A DNA stretch of 64,000 bases. Source: Macrostomum lignano (lineage: Eukaryota). Where the stretch lies: positions 62,001 to 126,000 of the forward strand of contig NIVC01002057.1 of the NCBI GenBank assembly GCA_002269645.1, written 5' to 3'. Shown piece after piece: positions 1-22,291 of this stretch (the first letter of the stretch is position 1; every line of letters begins with the position of its first letter). The notes below the pieces were generated by a model. That model was not told where the DNA came from, did not search any database, and saw only the letters and a list, made by a program, of their open reading frames with translations. Both the position numbers and the translations under genes were made by a program.

Positions 1-1
1 A

Positions 2-250
2 GTAGAGAACGAGCAGGTTGCCGATGAGGGCGGTGACCAGCAGGGCGCCGAAGGCAACGCACAGGCCGATGTAGAAGGGGCTGGACAGCTTGTGGCCCGC
101 CTGGTGCTTGTAGAAGATCGCCTCGATGACGGATGCGTCCGGCGTCTCGTTGAGAGTCAGCAGGTCCAGCAACACCTGCACACTGATGGCGTCCTGGGAG
201 CCGGGAGCCATCAGAGGCGGATGGGCTGCTGAAGAGTTGCTAGGCGCCAT
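2..250 (-). CDS. Class A (rhodopsin-like) GPCR, N-terminus and TM1; 3' part lies outside the window; probably a peptide receptor, subfamily unresolved
   Basis: ATG at 248-250 opens a stop-free frame MAPSNSSAAHPP...FYIGLCVAFGALLVTALIGNLLVLY. It has N-glycosylation sequons (NSS, NET) and a hydrophobic TM1 ending in the class A GN motif. Not present in the supplied ORF track. Confidence 0.8.
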   Translation of the reverse strand, partial: MAPSNSSAAHPPLMAPGSQDAISVQVLLDLLTLNETPDASVIEAIFYKHQAGHKLSSPFYIGLCVAFGALLVTALIGNLLVLY

Positions 251-482
251 CCCTTGAAAATTGAATTTCGTTTTTAAGCAGAATAAACTTTTTTCTCCGA
301 AACTGGTCCGAGCCGCCTCTCCGCGACCTCTCCTCATCCCTTTTGTTGACTGTGCCGGCCAATGGGATGCTGGGGATCTGCGGACCAATGCGATCCTCCT
401 TGACTTGTGACGGCTCAGATAGCCTGTCTCTCTCCTATCTCCCTGCTATCGAAACTTTTCTTCCAGTAGCGCGAGCCTCCTG

Positions 483-1391
<909 letters not shown>

Positions 1392-1774
1392 CAATTTCAT
1401 CGACCCAAATCCCATGGCCTGAGCACGCATACTCAAGCGTATACACTATGTAGCTCCAGATCAATGCTTGTCCCAGGGCATCACAATCGAAAATGTTTTA
1501 GTTTAACCAGTTCAAAGTAGCTGGCATTTCTTTTACACAGAACAGCTGAGACCCCTCACTCCTTCGGTGGCTGTACTTTTAATCCAAGCGCCAGCCAGCA
1601 CTTGAATCGAATTGATTGGCACCGGACCCGCATCGATTGGAGATGAAAAAAGGCCCAGTGAAGGATGCCAATTTGAATTGCTGTTGTGCGAGAATGCGGG
1701 CAGAACACTGGAGAGTAGCGTTTTCTTACAGCCTCTTCGCCCCACTGGAGGGCCTCCGTGTCTCCTGCCCTTTA

Positions 1775-2220
1775 CATCTCTGCCTCATATCTGCCTCATC
1801 TCTGCCTCATCTCTGCCTCATCTCTGCCTCATCTCTGCCTCATATCTGCCTCATCTCTGCCTCATCTCTGCCTCATCTCTGCCTCATCTCTGTCTCATCT
1901 CTGCCTCATCTTTGTCTCATTTCTGCCTCATCTCTGCCTCATCTCTGTCTCATCTCTGCCTCATCTCTGTCTCATCTCTGCCTCATCTCTGCCCCACCTC
2001 TGCCTCATCTCTGCCTCATCTCTGTCTCATCTCTGCCTCATCTCTGTCTCATCTCTGCCTCATCTCTGCCTCATCTCTGCCTCATCTCTGTCTCATCTCT
2101 GCCTCATCTCTGCCTCATCTCTGCCTCATCTCTGCCTCATCTCTGTCTCATCTCTGCCTCATCTTTGTCTCATTTCTGCCTCATCTCTGCCTCATCTCTG
2201 CCTCATCTCTGCCTCATCTC
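1775..2220 (+). repeat. 11-bp tandem repeat (CTCATCTCTGC)n, followed by (CT)n at ~2297-2346
   Basis: Directly visible; gives the spurious ISASSLPHLCL ORFs. Confidence 0.95.
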
Positions 2221-2290
2221 CCATTCTCTAACCCTCTATCTCTTCTCTTATCTCTTAATTGTCTGCCGTGTTCCTCTACTTCACATCTAA

Positions 2291-2350
<60 letters not shown>

Positions 2351-2699
2351 TTTTTCAGTCTCCTCCAGCTCCATGATCTGCATCAGAGCAGTTAATCAAT
2401 TATCTTATTATCATAGTCCCCATCGCAGAGGCAGATAAATAATGAAGTAAAAAGCAGTTTGGCAGCGAAGCCACCCCCCCCCAGTCCCGCAGCGACCCAG
2501 AAGTCAGACGCCGGAGCAGTCGCACAGCTCAAAATTCACATGCAAGGGGGTCTCGGTCTAGAATCTGGATTACAGTAGCTACCAGAGCACCAATTCAGTA
2601 ATAGATTTCAGTTTTTATTTTCTCACTATTTAACGTTATTGGCGGCCAGTTTACCTCAACACTTGGCATAGAAAGTAAAGCTCGGCTTCGGTTGGTCGA

Positions 2700-3035
2700 G
2701 TCTCCCCATCTCTGCCTCATCTCTGCCTCATCTCTGCCCCATCTCTGCCCCATCTCTGCCTCATCTCTGCCCCATCTCTGCCCCATCTCTGCCTCATCTC
2801 TGCCTCATCTCTGCCTGATCTCTCCCTCATCTCTCCATCATCTCTCCCTCATCTCTTCCTCATCTCTCCCTCATCTCTCCCCCATCACTCCCTCATTTCT
2901 CCCTCATCTCTCTCTCTCTCATCTCTCTCTCATCTCTTCCACACCATTCCCTCATCACTCCCTCATCTCTCCCTCACCTCTCTCTCATCTCTCCCACATC
3001 TCTCCCTCATCTCTCCCATCTCATTTCTCCCTCAT
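2700..3035 (+). repeat. Degenerate second array of the same 11-bp CTCATCTCTGC/CTCATCTCTCC family
   Basis: Directly visible. Confidence 0.85.
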
Positions 3036-4129
3036 AAAGTGAAACCATGTTCGCGAAAATCGTTTGAAGTAAACTAAATCTTTAAAAGTTTACAAACTGT
3101 AAAGTTTTCAAGCTAGTGAAAATGCAGCCCCTGAACGAAGAAGAGTACAATCCAGATTCTGTTTGTAAGATCTCCTTGCTTCACCCCCATAAACCACAGC
3201 GACATCAAAGTTTCTCATTAGCAACTGCTGCACTAACTGTCGAGTGCCCACAACAAATAATAAATTATTGGCGAGCTTCGCCTTCCCTTGGGGATGCAGG
3301 CTGTATGGCTCACCCTGGACTGCCTTGTACAGCTGCATAAAACTTGGTATGAATTGGAAAAGTCACTTTTAGGGCCGATTTTACCGGAATTGTTGATTCC
3401 TGGCAATGTCTTACACGGTCACACTCAGTCACTTTTATTGTCACATTCACGGTCACATTCACAGTCACTTTTATTGTCACATTCACGGTCACATTCACGG
3501 TCACATTCACGCTTGCATTTACGGTCACATTCACGGTCAAATTTACAGTCGCATTCACGGTCACATTCATGTTTGTATTTATGATAACATGTACATTCAA
3601 GGTCGCATTCCCGTTCACATGGCTATCGCACGCCCTATTATTTGTGCCCTGTTCACATGCACTCACAACAGTATTGCGTAGCAGTGGCGGTCAGGTTTAA
3701 ATTATACACCCAATGTCTCGGTTTGCGTCACTCTCAGTTAAAAAGGCCCACAGCAAAAAGACAGGCCTAAATTTTCTCCTGTGAAGTTTCCTTCTTTGCT
3801 TTTGTAGTTGGCAAAGGAGACGAAAATTTGTCTGCTTTCAATGCTTTTTATTCGATTTGCTGTTTATAAAGGCCGCCCAGCTCCACTCCCTTGGGACCCG
3901 ATTTCTAAGAAACAAATCAAAGTACTTTTATCAATGCGTCTGGGAACGGCCTGGTTGGAGCAGTTGTTTGCCCAAATCCTCTAAAAAACGGATAGATGAG
4001 TCGTATATTTGATAAAAATATTTTCTACTCGTACATAAGAAATGATAGTATTGTAGGTTTTTTATTACAGATAGGGATAGATCATAAACAGAAAGCTATA
4101 TAGATAGACAGCTTAGTGCTAATGAGGAG

Positions 4130-4830
4130 GGAACCTTGAGGGAACCTTAAGGGAACGGGGACCTTGAGGGAACGGTGACCTTGAGGGAATGGTGACCTTG
4201 AGGGAACGGTGACCTTGAGGGAACGGCGACCTTGAAGGAACGGTGACCTTGAGGAAACGGCGACCTTGAGGGAACGGCGACCTTGAGGGAACGGTGACCT
4301 TGAGGGAACGGGGACCTTGAGGGAACGGCGACCTTGAGGGAACGGTGACCTTGAGGGAATGGTGACCTTGAGGGAACGGTGACCTTGAGGGAACGGCGAC
4401 CTTGAAGGAACGGTGACCTTGAGGAAACGGCGACCTTGAGGGAACGGCGACCTTGAGGGAACGGTGACCTTGAGGGAACGGGGACCTTGAAGGAACGGTG
4501 ACCTTGAGGAAACGGCGACCTTGAGGGAACGGCGACCTTGAGGGAACGGTGACCTTGAGGGAACGGGGACCTTGAGGGAACGGCGACCTTGAGGGAACGG
4601 TGACCTTGAGGGAATGGTGACCTTGAGGGAACGGTGACCTTGAGGGAACGGCGACCTTGAAGGAACGGTGACCTTGAGGAAACGGCGACCTTGAGGGAAC
4701 GGCGACCTTGAGGGAACGGTGACCTTGAGGGAACGGGGACCTTGAGGAAACGGCGACCTTGAGGGAACGGTGACCTTAAGGGAACGGTGACCTTATGGGA
4801 ACGGTGACCTTGAGGAAACGAGGAATTTGG
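4130..4830 (+). repeat. 17-bp minisatellite (GGTGACCTTGAGGGAAC)n
   Basis: Directly visible, ~40 units. Confidence 0.95.
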
Positions 4831-4929
4831 GAGAAGGTGACCATAGAAGAACAGTGACTTTGTCGGGTCACAGAGGCATCGCAAATAAATATTTTTGAGT
4901 TAGATAATATTAATAGTAACAATTGTTGT

Positions 4930-5005
4930 ACTGGGATCGGGAATTGAACCCCCCGGCCCCGAACTTCATGTCGTGAGTCCGACGTTCCAACCCTAGGCCC
5001 CAACC
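4930..5005 (-). mobile_element. Degenerate tRNA-derived (SINE-like) head
   Basis: Minus strand reads GGCCTAGGGTTGG (A-box-like)...GGTTCAATTCC (B box). The anticodon stem does not pair, so it is not called as a tRNA. Confidence 0.4.
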
Positions 5006-5069
5006 CCCCCATTGAGTTAAAATAGGGCATCGCATGCAACTTGTGAGATGCTGCATTCATCAAAATTAA

Positions 5070-15000
<9,931 letters not shown>

Positions 15001-15639
15001 TGTCACGTACAGCATATATGCTTATCACAGTTCCACCTGTTAAAAAAATAGTTTTCCTAATGGCAGAAAAGACACTCATGAATTGGAGGCAAGTGACGGA
15101 CAGAGCCCTGATGAAGGGGGAGGCTGGAGGCTCACCAGCTCAGACCAAAGGCAGCAGTTTTATACACTATCAGTTTAATTTTGATCCCTAACTGTCACTC
15201 AGTCGCTCTGAGTGCTGACACACGGCTATAGGTGTAGTTTTAGTTTTACGATGCCCCTCCTTCATTGCACTCCTTCCATTGTCCTATCCTATCTCCCGTA
15301 GACAGCTTTGTGGCAGGTGAGAGATTGGCTCCATCTGTGCCCGTTGATTGGTGGGCGAGAGTGCCAGGCACTAGGGCCATCTATTTAACTATTGTATTGA
15401 CTCAGGCATTGGATGATCCATAGAGAGACAAATAGACCGAGATTATTGAATAATAGAATTACTATAATTAATTTGTTCTGCAGGACATTCTATACATTGG
15501 GTATTTGTACATGTAATAGTGTCTCATATGAAATTAATGTTTGAGTATGCATTGTCAACCCAGAATAATACCTTGATGGATTGCTATATAGTAATTTTAA
15601 CTGCGCTTGCCCAATCTTCCTCAACACATCCCCTCACTC

Positions 15640-16255
15640 CCAACTTGTTTCCCTCACTCTCTTCTCTCCCTCACTCTCTCCTCTCCCTCACTGTCTTCTC
15701 TCCCTCACTCTCTTCTCTCCCTCACTCTCTTCTCTCCCTCACTCTCTTCTCTCCCTCACTGTCTTCTCTCCCTCACTCTCTTCTCTCCCTCACTCTCTTC
15801 TCTCCCTCACTCTCTTCTCTCCCTCACTCTCTTCTCTCCCTCACTCTCTTCTCTCCCTCACTCTCTTCTCTCCCTCACTCTCTTCTCTCCCTCACTCTCT
15901 TCTCTCCCTCACTCTCTTCTCTCCCTCACTCTCTTCTCTCCCTCACTCTCTTCTCGCCCTCACTCTCTTCTCTCCCTCACTCTCTTCTCTCCCTCACTCT
16001 ATTCTCTCCCTCACTCTCTTCTCTCCCTCACTCTATTCTCTCCCTCACTCTCTTCTCTCCCTCACTCTATTCTCTCCCTCACTCTCTTCTCTCCCTCCCT
16101 CTCTTTTCTCTCTCACTCTCTCTCTCTCTCCCTCGCTCACCCTCTCCTTCTCTCCCTCACCCTCTTATTCTCTCTCTCACTCTCCTCTTTTTCTCTCTTC
16201 CTCTCTCATCCTCTCCCTCACCCTTTCCTCTCCCTCACACTTTCATTCTTTACCT
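15640..16255 (+). repeat. Pyrimidine-rich 17-bp repeat (CTCTCTTCTCTCCCTCA)n between the divergently oriented iGluR and peptidase genes
   Basis: Directly visible. Confidence 0.95.
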
Positions 16256-16584
16256 CACCCTCAATTCAGACATGATTTTTTCGTCTTAGTCTTTTTGGTG
16301 AAAGTTACAAAACGAAGGCAACTTTTCAAATACTCGTATGTTCAACGCATTTGCTCTGATCAAATCCTTTAATCAACTCACAGCTCAGGGAGTGAGAAGA
16401 AGGAAGATATATCAAATGCTTTCATGCCTGTTCAAACAAAGTCGGTGCAAAGTTAAAAAGAACAAACAGAGCTCTATAAGAGCGACAAGCCACAGTGATC
16501 CGACCTTGAACGAAGAGTCAGTCAAACACCCAAGTCGTCAAAGAATCAAACACTGATTTCTCAAAGCAAAGGGGCACAAGAGCA

Positions 16585-19500
16585 ATGTCCACCTGCAGTG
16601 TTCCGGCTTCCTGCCTGGTCACTTTTGCTGCTGCCTTGGCTTTGCTGTCAGCTGCTTTCAGCATTCAGGTAGGCATCATAATCAGCTGTCCGCTTCTGAA
16701 CGGGGAATTCACCTGACTGTATTGATCGATTTCAGGTGACATCTGCAGCAAGTTCGACGCGAAAGTACAGGCAAGTACTCGCTCTGCACAGCTGAAAATG
16801 TCTGAGAGTAATTCATTGTGAAGCTTTCTACTGTAACTGGCACTCCTGATCTCACTCGCATCTCTTATCACTCCTGATCTCACTCGCATTGTCACTTTTA
16901 TTGTCACTCCTGATCTCACTCGCATTGTTAGTCTTATCGTCAATCCTGATCTCACTCGCATTGTCACTCTTATGTCACTCCTGATCACACTCGTATCTCT
17001 TATCACTCCTAATCTCACTCGCATTGTTAGTCTTATCTTCACTCCTAATCTCACTCGCATTGTCACTCTTATCGTCACTCCTGATCTCACTCGCATTGTC
17101 ACTCCTGATCGAGTAATTTATTGTGAAGCTTTCTACTGTAACTGGCACTCCTGATCTCACTCGCATCTCTTATCACTCCTGATCTCACTCGCATTGTCAC
17201 TTTTATTGTCACTCCTGATCTCACTCGCATTGTCACTCTTATCGTCACTCCTGATATAATTCGTATTGTCACTCTGTTGTCACTCGCATTGTCACTCTTA
17301 TCGTCACTCCTGATATAATTCGTATTGTCACTCTGTTGTCACTCGCATTGTCACTCTTATCGTCACTCCTAATTTCCACTCTCATTGTCACTCTTATCAT
17401 CACTTCAAAGTTCGAAAAGCACCAATTTCCCACCAGCTAATTATAACAAACCATAAGAATACTTTGTGACTGCATCGCTCGCAGACTGCCATCCCATGTG
17501 AAACCGTTAAACTATCAGCTGTTCTTTGAGCCCAACTTAGCGTCAAACATCCTGGCTGGAAAAATGATTGCAACAATTGCAGTGAGTGACGTTTTGAAGC
17601 TTTCTGAGTATGAAAAGTTGGGAGAAGGAGAGATGACAGGGGATGGGTGCAAATAAAGGAGACATAAATACTAACAACGAAGCTCATTATAAAATTTCAG
17701 ATATCCGAGGCAGTCACTTCAATAGTTCTCAACGGCAACGCGGTGCTTCTGACAGGCGCTCCCAGTCTGAGCGGACGTGAGTAGGATTCCTATGCTGTTG
17801 CTGTTGGGAGAAATGCTTCATGTGGCTGCGTGAAGTGCAGATTTTAATTGCTACTGGATAGTTTTAGAGCTGATGATGGGCAACTTGACCGCGGAGACCT
17901 AGGTTGGCTTACCTGTGTGTCACCTTCTGTCCTCTTAGAACCGTCATTTACATTCAGTAAATTATTGAAAATTATTGACTGGGTCACAATATTTAATTTT
18001 CCTAATTGACGGCAATAAAGCATGCGTCTCTGTCTCTGTGTGGGGGTTGCTGGAACTGGGAGTCCAGGGGAGTCCTAGGGAGTCCAGGGAAGTCCATGGA
18101 GTCCAAGGGGGTTTATTGGTTTCAGGGAGCTGATAGCTATAGTAAATTGTCTATTTTTAATTTGAGTTAGCTTTAGCAGGCTTTGGAAAAAACCCTGCAG
18201 GTTAATGAAGGGAGGTGAGGAACCAGTTTGCGCTAGAAGGACAACCAGAGGTCGCGTTTGATATGTGAAGAAGTCCAAGTTGTGCTTGAGGGTGCGGACC
18301 TCCTTTCTTACCCTAGCGAAGCATGGGGCTCGGTTAATGTTGTAGCTCTTAGCAGGGTTAAAGTTAGGGTTAGGATTCAACCATAAGACTGGACTGGATT
18401 AGTGGCTAAGATGTTAAGACTCATGCAGTAATTGCTGTTGCTCTTGGGAGGAATTGCTGAGATGCCAAGGCTCGTCGGAGGGGGGAGTTGCTGAGTCGTT
18501 AAGACTCATGGGGTATCGCTGAAATGCTGTGGCTCATGAGGTTGTTGCTGAATTGTCAAGCTCTTAAACTGGGAGTTGTTGGTAGGCCATGCAAGCATCA
18601 AATGGAGAGTTAGGTTAAGCCATGGCAAAGAGAGGCTTTGATACCAAAGTTCACATAGGGATGCTGATATCTTACACCAGATTGCTGGCTTTCAAGGCGG
18701 TTGTACAAATAAGAGCACGGTGCTGGCTGGATGAAGCAGGCTGTGGACGTGATACGAGCTACTGTCCCAGAAGGATCTTGATGATATCGCAGATAATGAT
18801 GCTGGTACAGCCCCTTGATCGTGGAAAGTAAAGATGTCACTGAACTTGACCGTGTCAAGACGCTTCCGAGGATCTTTATGCGCAGATTTATAGATTTGCC
18901 AGACGGGTTCAAAACCCTTCCTTGAGGCCGCTGCCACAGCAAATTCTCTCAAATTCGTCCTCTGCGATCTGACGTCGTAAACTAAAAGAATGAGAATTCA
19001 GAGGCAATGCTGAAGCCAAAGAAAAAGAATAGGCGAATTAGCACGGGGAATTAAAAGATTTAATTGAAAATTACGCCGTTCGACAGCCAGCCAAGGGGCC
19101 AAGACGGTAATATCAGGAGTGCTGGGACGCGAAAAGGCAGGGAGGCGGGAAAGCCGCTTTCGAGCCTAGCTTTATTCCTTTTCAGTGTCTAAACCCACAG
19201 CCCGAGCGCCATGCCTAATTAGACAAGAATTAACTGCCCCATTTGCGCCAGACCGCGGTTTAACATTGCGATCCGTTCATTGAGCATGAAAATTACAAGT
19301 TAATTGCTTTTCTACTCACTCAACCACTTCTTCCCTTTCAGGTTCGCCTCTGAACGTTACGTATGATCGTGACGCACAAATGATCAGTCTGAATTTTGCT
19401 GACCCAGTCCCTCCGGGCATCTGGGAGCTCTACGTATCGTTCACAGCTCGCATCAACACCCGTCTATCTGGCGTATTTCGAGTAGCTTCACCACCTGGTA

Positions 19501-21785
19501 GCCCGGTGGACTTGCACTCGATAATAATTGCCACTCATTTTGAGCCCACAGACGCTCGGAAAGCGTTTCCGTGCTGGGACGAGCCGGCAATGAAGGCCAC
19601 TTTCGATCTGACCCTGACAGTCCCGGCTGACCTACTCGCGCTGTCCAACTCGCCTGAGGTGTCACGGAAGGTAATAACACACTCGTCGTCTTCCAAAAAT
19701 CAAAGCGCCGCTCGGGTCGAAGTCCGATTCGCTCGTACACCGCCAATGTCAACCTACCTGCTGGCATTCGTCATAGGTCGGTTCGACCAACCGTTGAAAA
19801 CCGTCGACGAAAATGGTATAAACATCAGAGTCTACACGCCTCCAGGACGCCGCCATGAAGGCTCGTTTTCGTTGGGCATCGCCAACAAAACCTTGACACA
19901 TTTTGGTAAACTGTTTGGCACGAATTATCCCCTGTCTAAGATTGACCTCGTGTCCTTGCCAGACTTTCCCAGCGTGGCCATGGAGAACTGGGGCCTAGTG
20001 CTCTTCCATGAGCCCAGCTTGCTGGCATCGAAAGACACACCAGAGGCACTTCGCGCATTCGTTGCTACGACCGTGATTCACGAGCTGGCTCACCAGTGGT
20101 TCGGCAATCTAGTTTCGCCCGCCTGGTGGTCCGACCTTTGGCTAAACGAGGGATTCGCCACTTGGTTGTCATACAACGAATTAGACGCAATTCGGCCTGG
20201 CTTGATCGACTCGCGGAGCTGGTTCGTGAGCACCGAGCTGCTGAGCGCCATGAGCGACGACGCTCTGGAAGCTTCGCACCCGGTCGAGGCCGACGTTCAT
20301 CGACCGGAGGACACGGCGGAAGTGTTCGACTCGATCAGCTACGGCAAAGGCGCGGCCCTCGTTGGCATGCTGCACGACTGGCTGGGACGCGAGAACTTCT
20401 TCGCTGGTCTGCGCAACTACATTCGTCGGCATCGATTCGGCAACGCTGCCACCAGCGACCTATGGAAGGCGCTACAGGAGACGCTCAATGACAGACCCGC
20501 TGGAGAACCGTCGATAGCGGAGGTGATGCACGACTGGACAACGCGGAAAAGCTTCCCGGTGATTTTCGCTTCCATTAAGACTGACGAATCTGGTTGCAAT
20601 TTAAGACTCAGACAGAGCCGCTACCGTCTGCCAGGAGCCGATCGCCTTCACGACCGGTGGCTTTGGCGCATCCCGATAGTGATAGCAACGCAGGACGGCG
20701 ACGTTATCAGACGGGTCATGACCAGATCGAGAATGACTATCCAACTGCCTAACTGCGGTTGGGCCATGCTTAATCCCAATGCTACTGCTTTCCATCGAAC
20801 CTCTTACCCGCGCAGTCTGATGACCGAGCTGCTGAGAGAAGCAGTCAGAGGCGGCATCAGACCATCGGGTCGTTTATTGCTGCTGGATGATGTGTTCGCG
20901 ATGCATGCAGCGGACCGAGTCTGGGCGGAGGATCCACTGCATGCTGTACATGTGTTGCGTCACGACTCCAGCCTACAGGTGTGGACAAACATGCTGAATC
21001 ATCTGTACGAGATGGGTGGTGCGGTGCCAATGAGTGATACAAAGGCTTTTAATAACTGGCAGCGCTATGTTCACGATTTGTGCTTGACTCGATTGAGAGC
21101 CCGGAACAGTAGCGGGTTCGAGAGAGTTCGAGCAACTTGTTTGGATTACGCAGGCGATAGAAACGTCGAAAACTGGGCAGTGAAAGCGTTTCCTCGGTGG
21201 CTACATGGCACCAGACCAGAGACTATTTCGCCAGACTTGTGGAGCATCGTCTGCCGAATCGCAGCTGGTGGCAGCAGCGGCGGCATCGGCGTGTCGCATT
21301 TCTGGCAGCTCTTGTCGGTATTGAATCGCACACAGTCGATAGCCCGACGGGAGGAAATCATCGGCTGTCTGGGTGCCTTTGAGGACAAGAAGCGGCCCGA
21401 AGTGGAGAAACGGCTGATCTCTCTGGCGCTAGGCCCGGAGCTGCAAGCTTCAGAGGTGCTTTGTCTGGTCGACGGTCTGAGCTCCAGATCGGTTTGGCGT
21501 CTCCTCACTCGACACTGGACTGCGATTGCGCGTCGCTTCGAAGGTCCCTACATGTTGAAACGCCTGATAAACGGACTTGCGTTTCGTTCAACGTCGGGTA
21601 TCCGGCGTGTCCGACGGTTCTTCCGAAGCCACTCGGCTGTTGGAATTCAAGACGCCGTGCGACGGCAGATCGAACGAATCCGTCTGGCAGCGGAGCGAGT
21701 CGGAAAGGACCGGGTGGAGATGCGAGTTTTGGTTAATCGGGTGTTGGGTGGGCGTAACAGCTGGAAAAGACTCGGTTGGGATTAG
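16585..21785 (+). CDS. M1-family zinc aminopeptidase, puromycin-sensitive aminopeptidase (NPEPPS)-like, copy 1, 911 aa; exons 16585-16668, 16736-16770, 17485-17581, 17701-17776, 19342-21785; intron 2 is GC-AG
   Basis: Spliced N-terminus MSTCSVPASCLVTFAAALALLSAAFSIQ|VTSAASSTRKYR|LPSHVKPLNYQLFFEP...; AFPCWDEP, FARTPPMSTYLLAF, (V)AMENWGL, HELAHQW-x-NEGFA zinc site, catalytic Tyr in FDSISYGKG; uninterrupted frame of 2736 nt. Confidence 0.93.
16840..17405 (+). repeat. ~36-bp minisatellite (CTCACTCGCATTGTCACTCTTATCGTCACTCCTGAT)n in intron 2 of peptidase copy 1
   Basis: Directly visible; homologous array at 26735-27460. Confidence 0.9.
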
Positions 21786-22149
21786 CAGCATTGCTTGATG
21801 TGACTTTTACTCAGTTGACTGTGAACAAGCGATAATTTAATTCCAAATAATTGGGATTGTTATAGAATAGAGTATTGATTTAATGTCATGACTTAGGCTA
21901 GGATTCCTCGACTACGACATCTCTGCACGACTACTCTCCCACTCAATACAAGAATGATTATAAAATTTTGGTGACAGGCCTACTCAACAAGGACGATAAA
22001 TGTCTTAGCCATCAAAACACTTTACTAGCAACACAGAGGTTGCAGCCACAAACTAAACGAAACACATCCCAAGTCAATGAGAGATTGCTTAGTGCAGGTG
22101 GTTTTCCTGTTTATGTATTGAGATGCAGTACCCCACTGAGGTTAAGGAG

Positions 22150-22291
22150 GCATAACTTTTGAAAAGTTGGTGATATTTTCAAAATTCTTTGACTCTGATT
22201 TGTAAGTAAAGCCGCGCTATGAAATAAATTTGTTGCTGCTATTCTTGCTGGCTGTTGAATGTTAAATTTGAATTTTTGGACACCCCTCGTA
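22150..22291 (-). mobile_element. Tc1/mariner terminal remnant
   Basis: 22273-22291 reverse complement is TACGAGGGGTGTCCAAAAA, a typical mariner TIR start with TA; CATAACTTTT-type subterminal sequence lies nearby. No transposase or partner TIR seen. Confidence 0.5.

Noticed and set aside
3108-3340. Overlapping 74-76-aa ORFs
   Set aside because: No family similarity and no convincing splice context; the iGluR gene already terminates at 5070
4930-5005. Functional tRNA gene
   Set aside because: Acceptor and anticodon stems do not pair; kept only as a SINE-like remnant
19342-21785. Bacterial horizontal transfer of the long intronless peptidase exon
   Set aside because: The gene has four spliceosomal introns and motifs closest to eukaryotic PSA; nothing points to a prokaryotic origin
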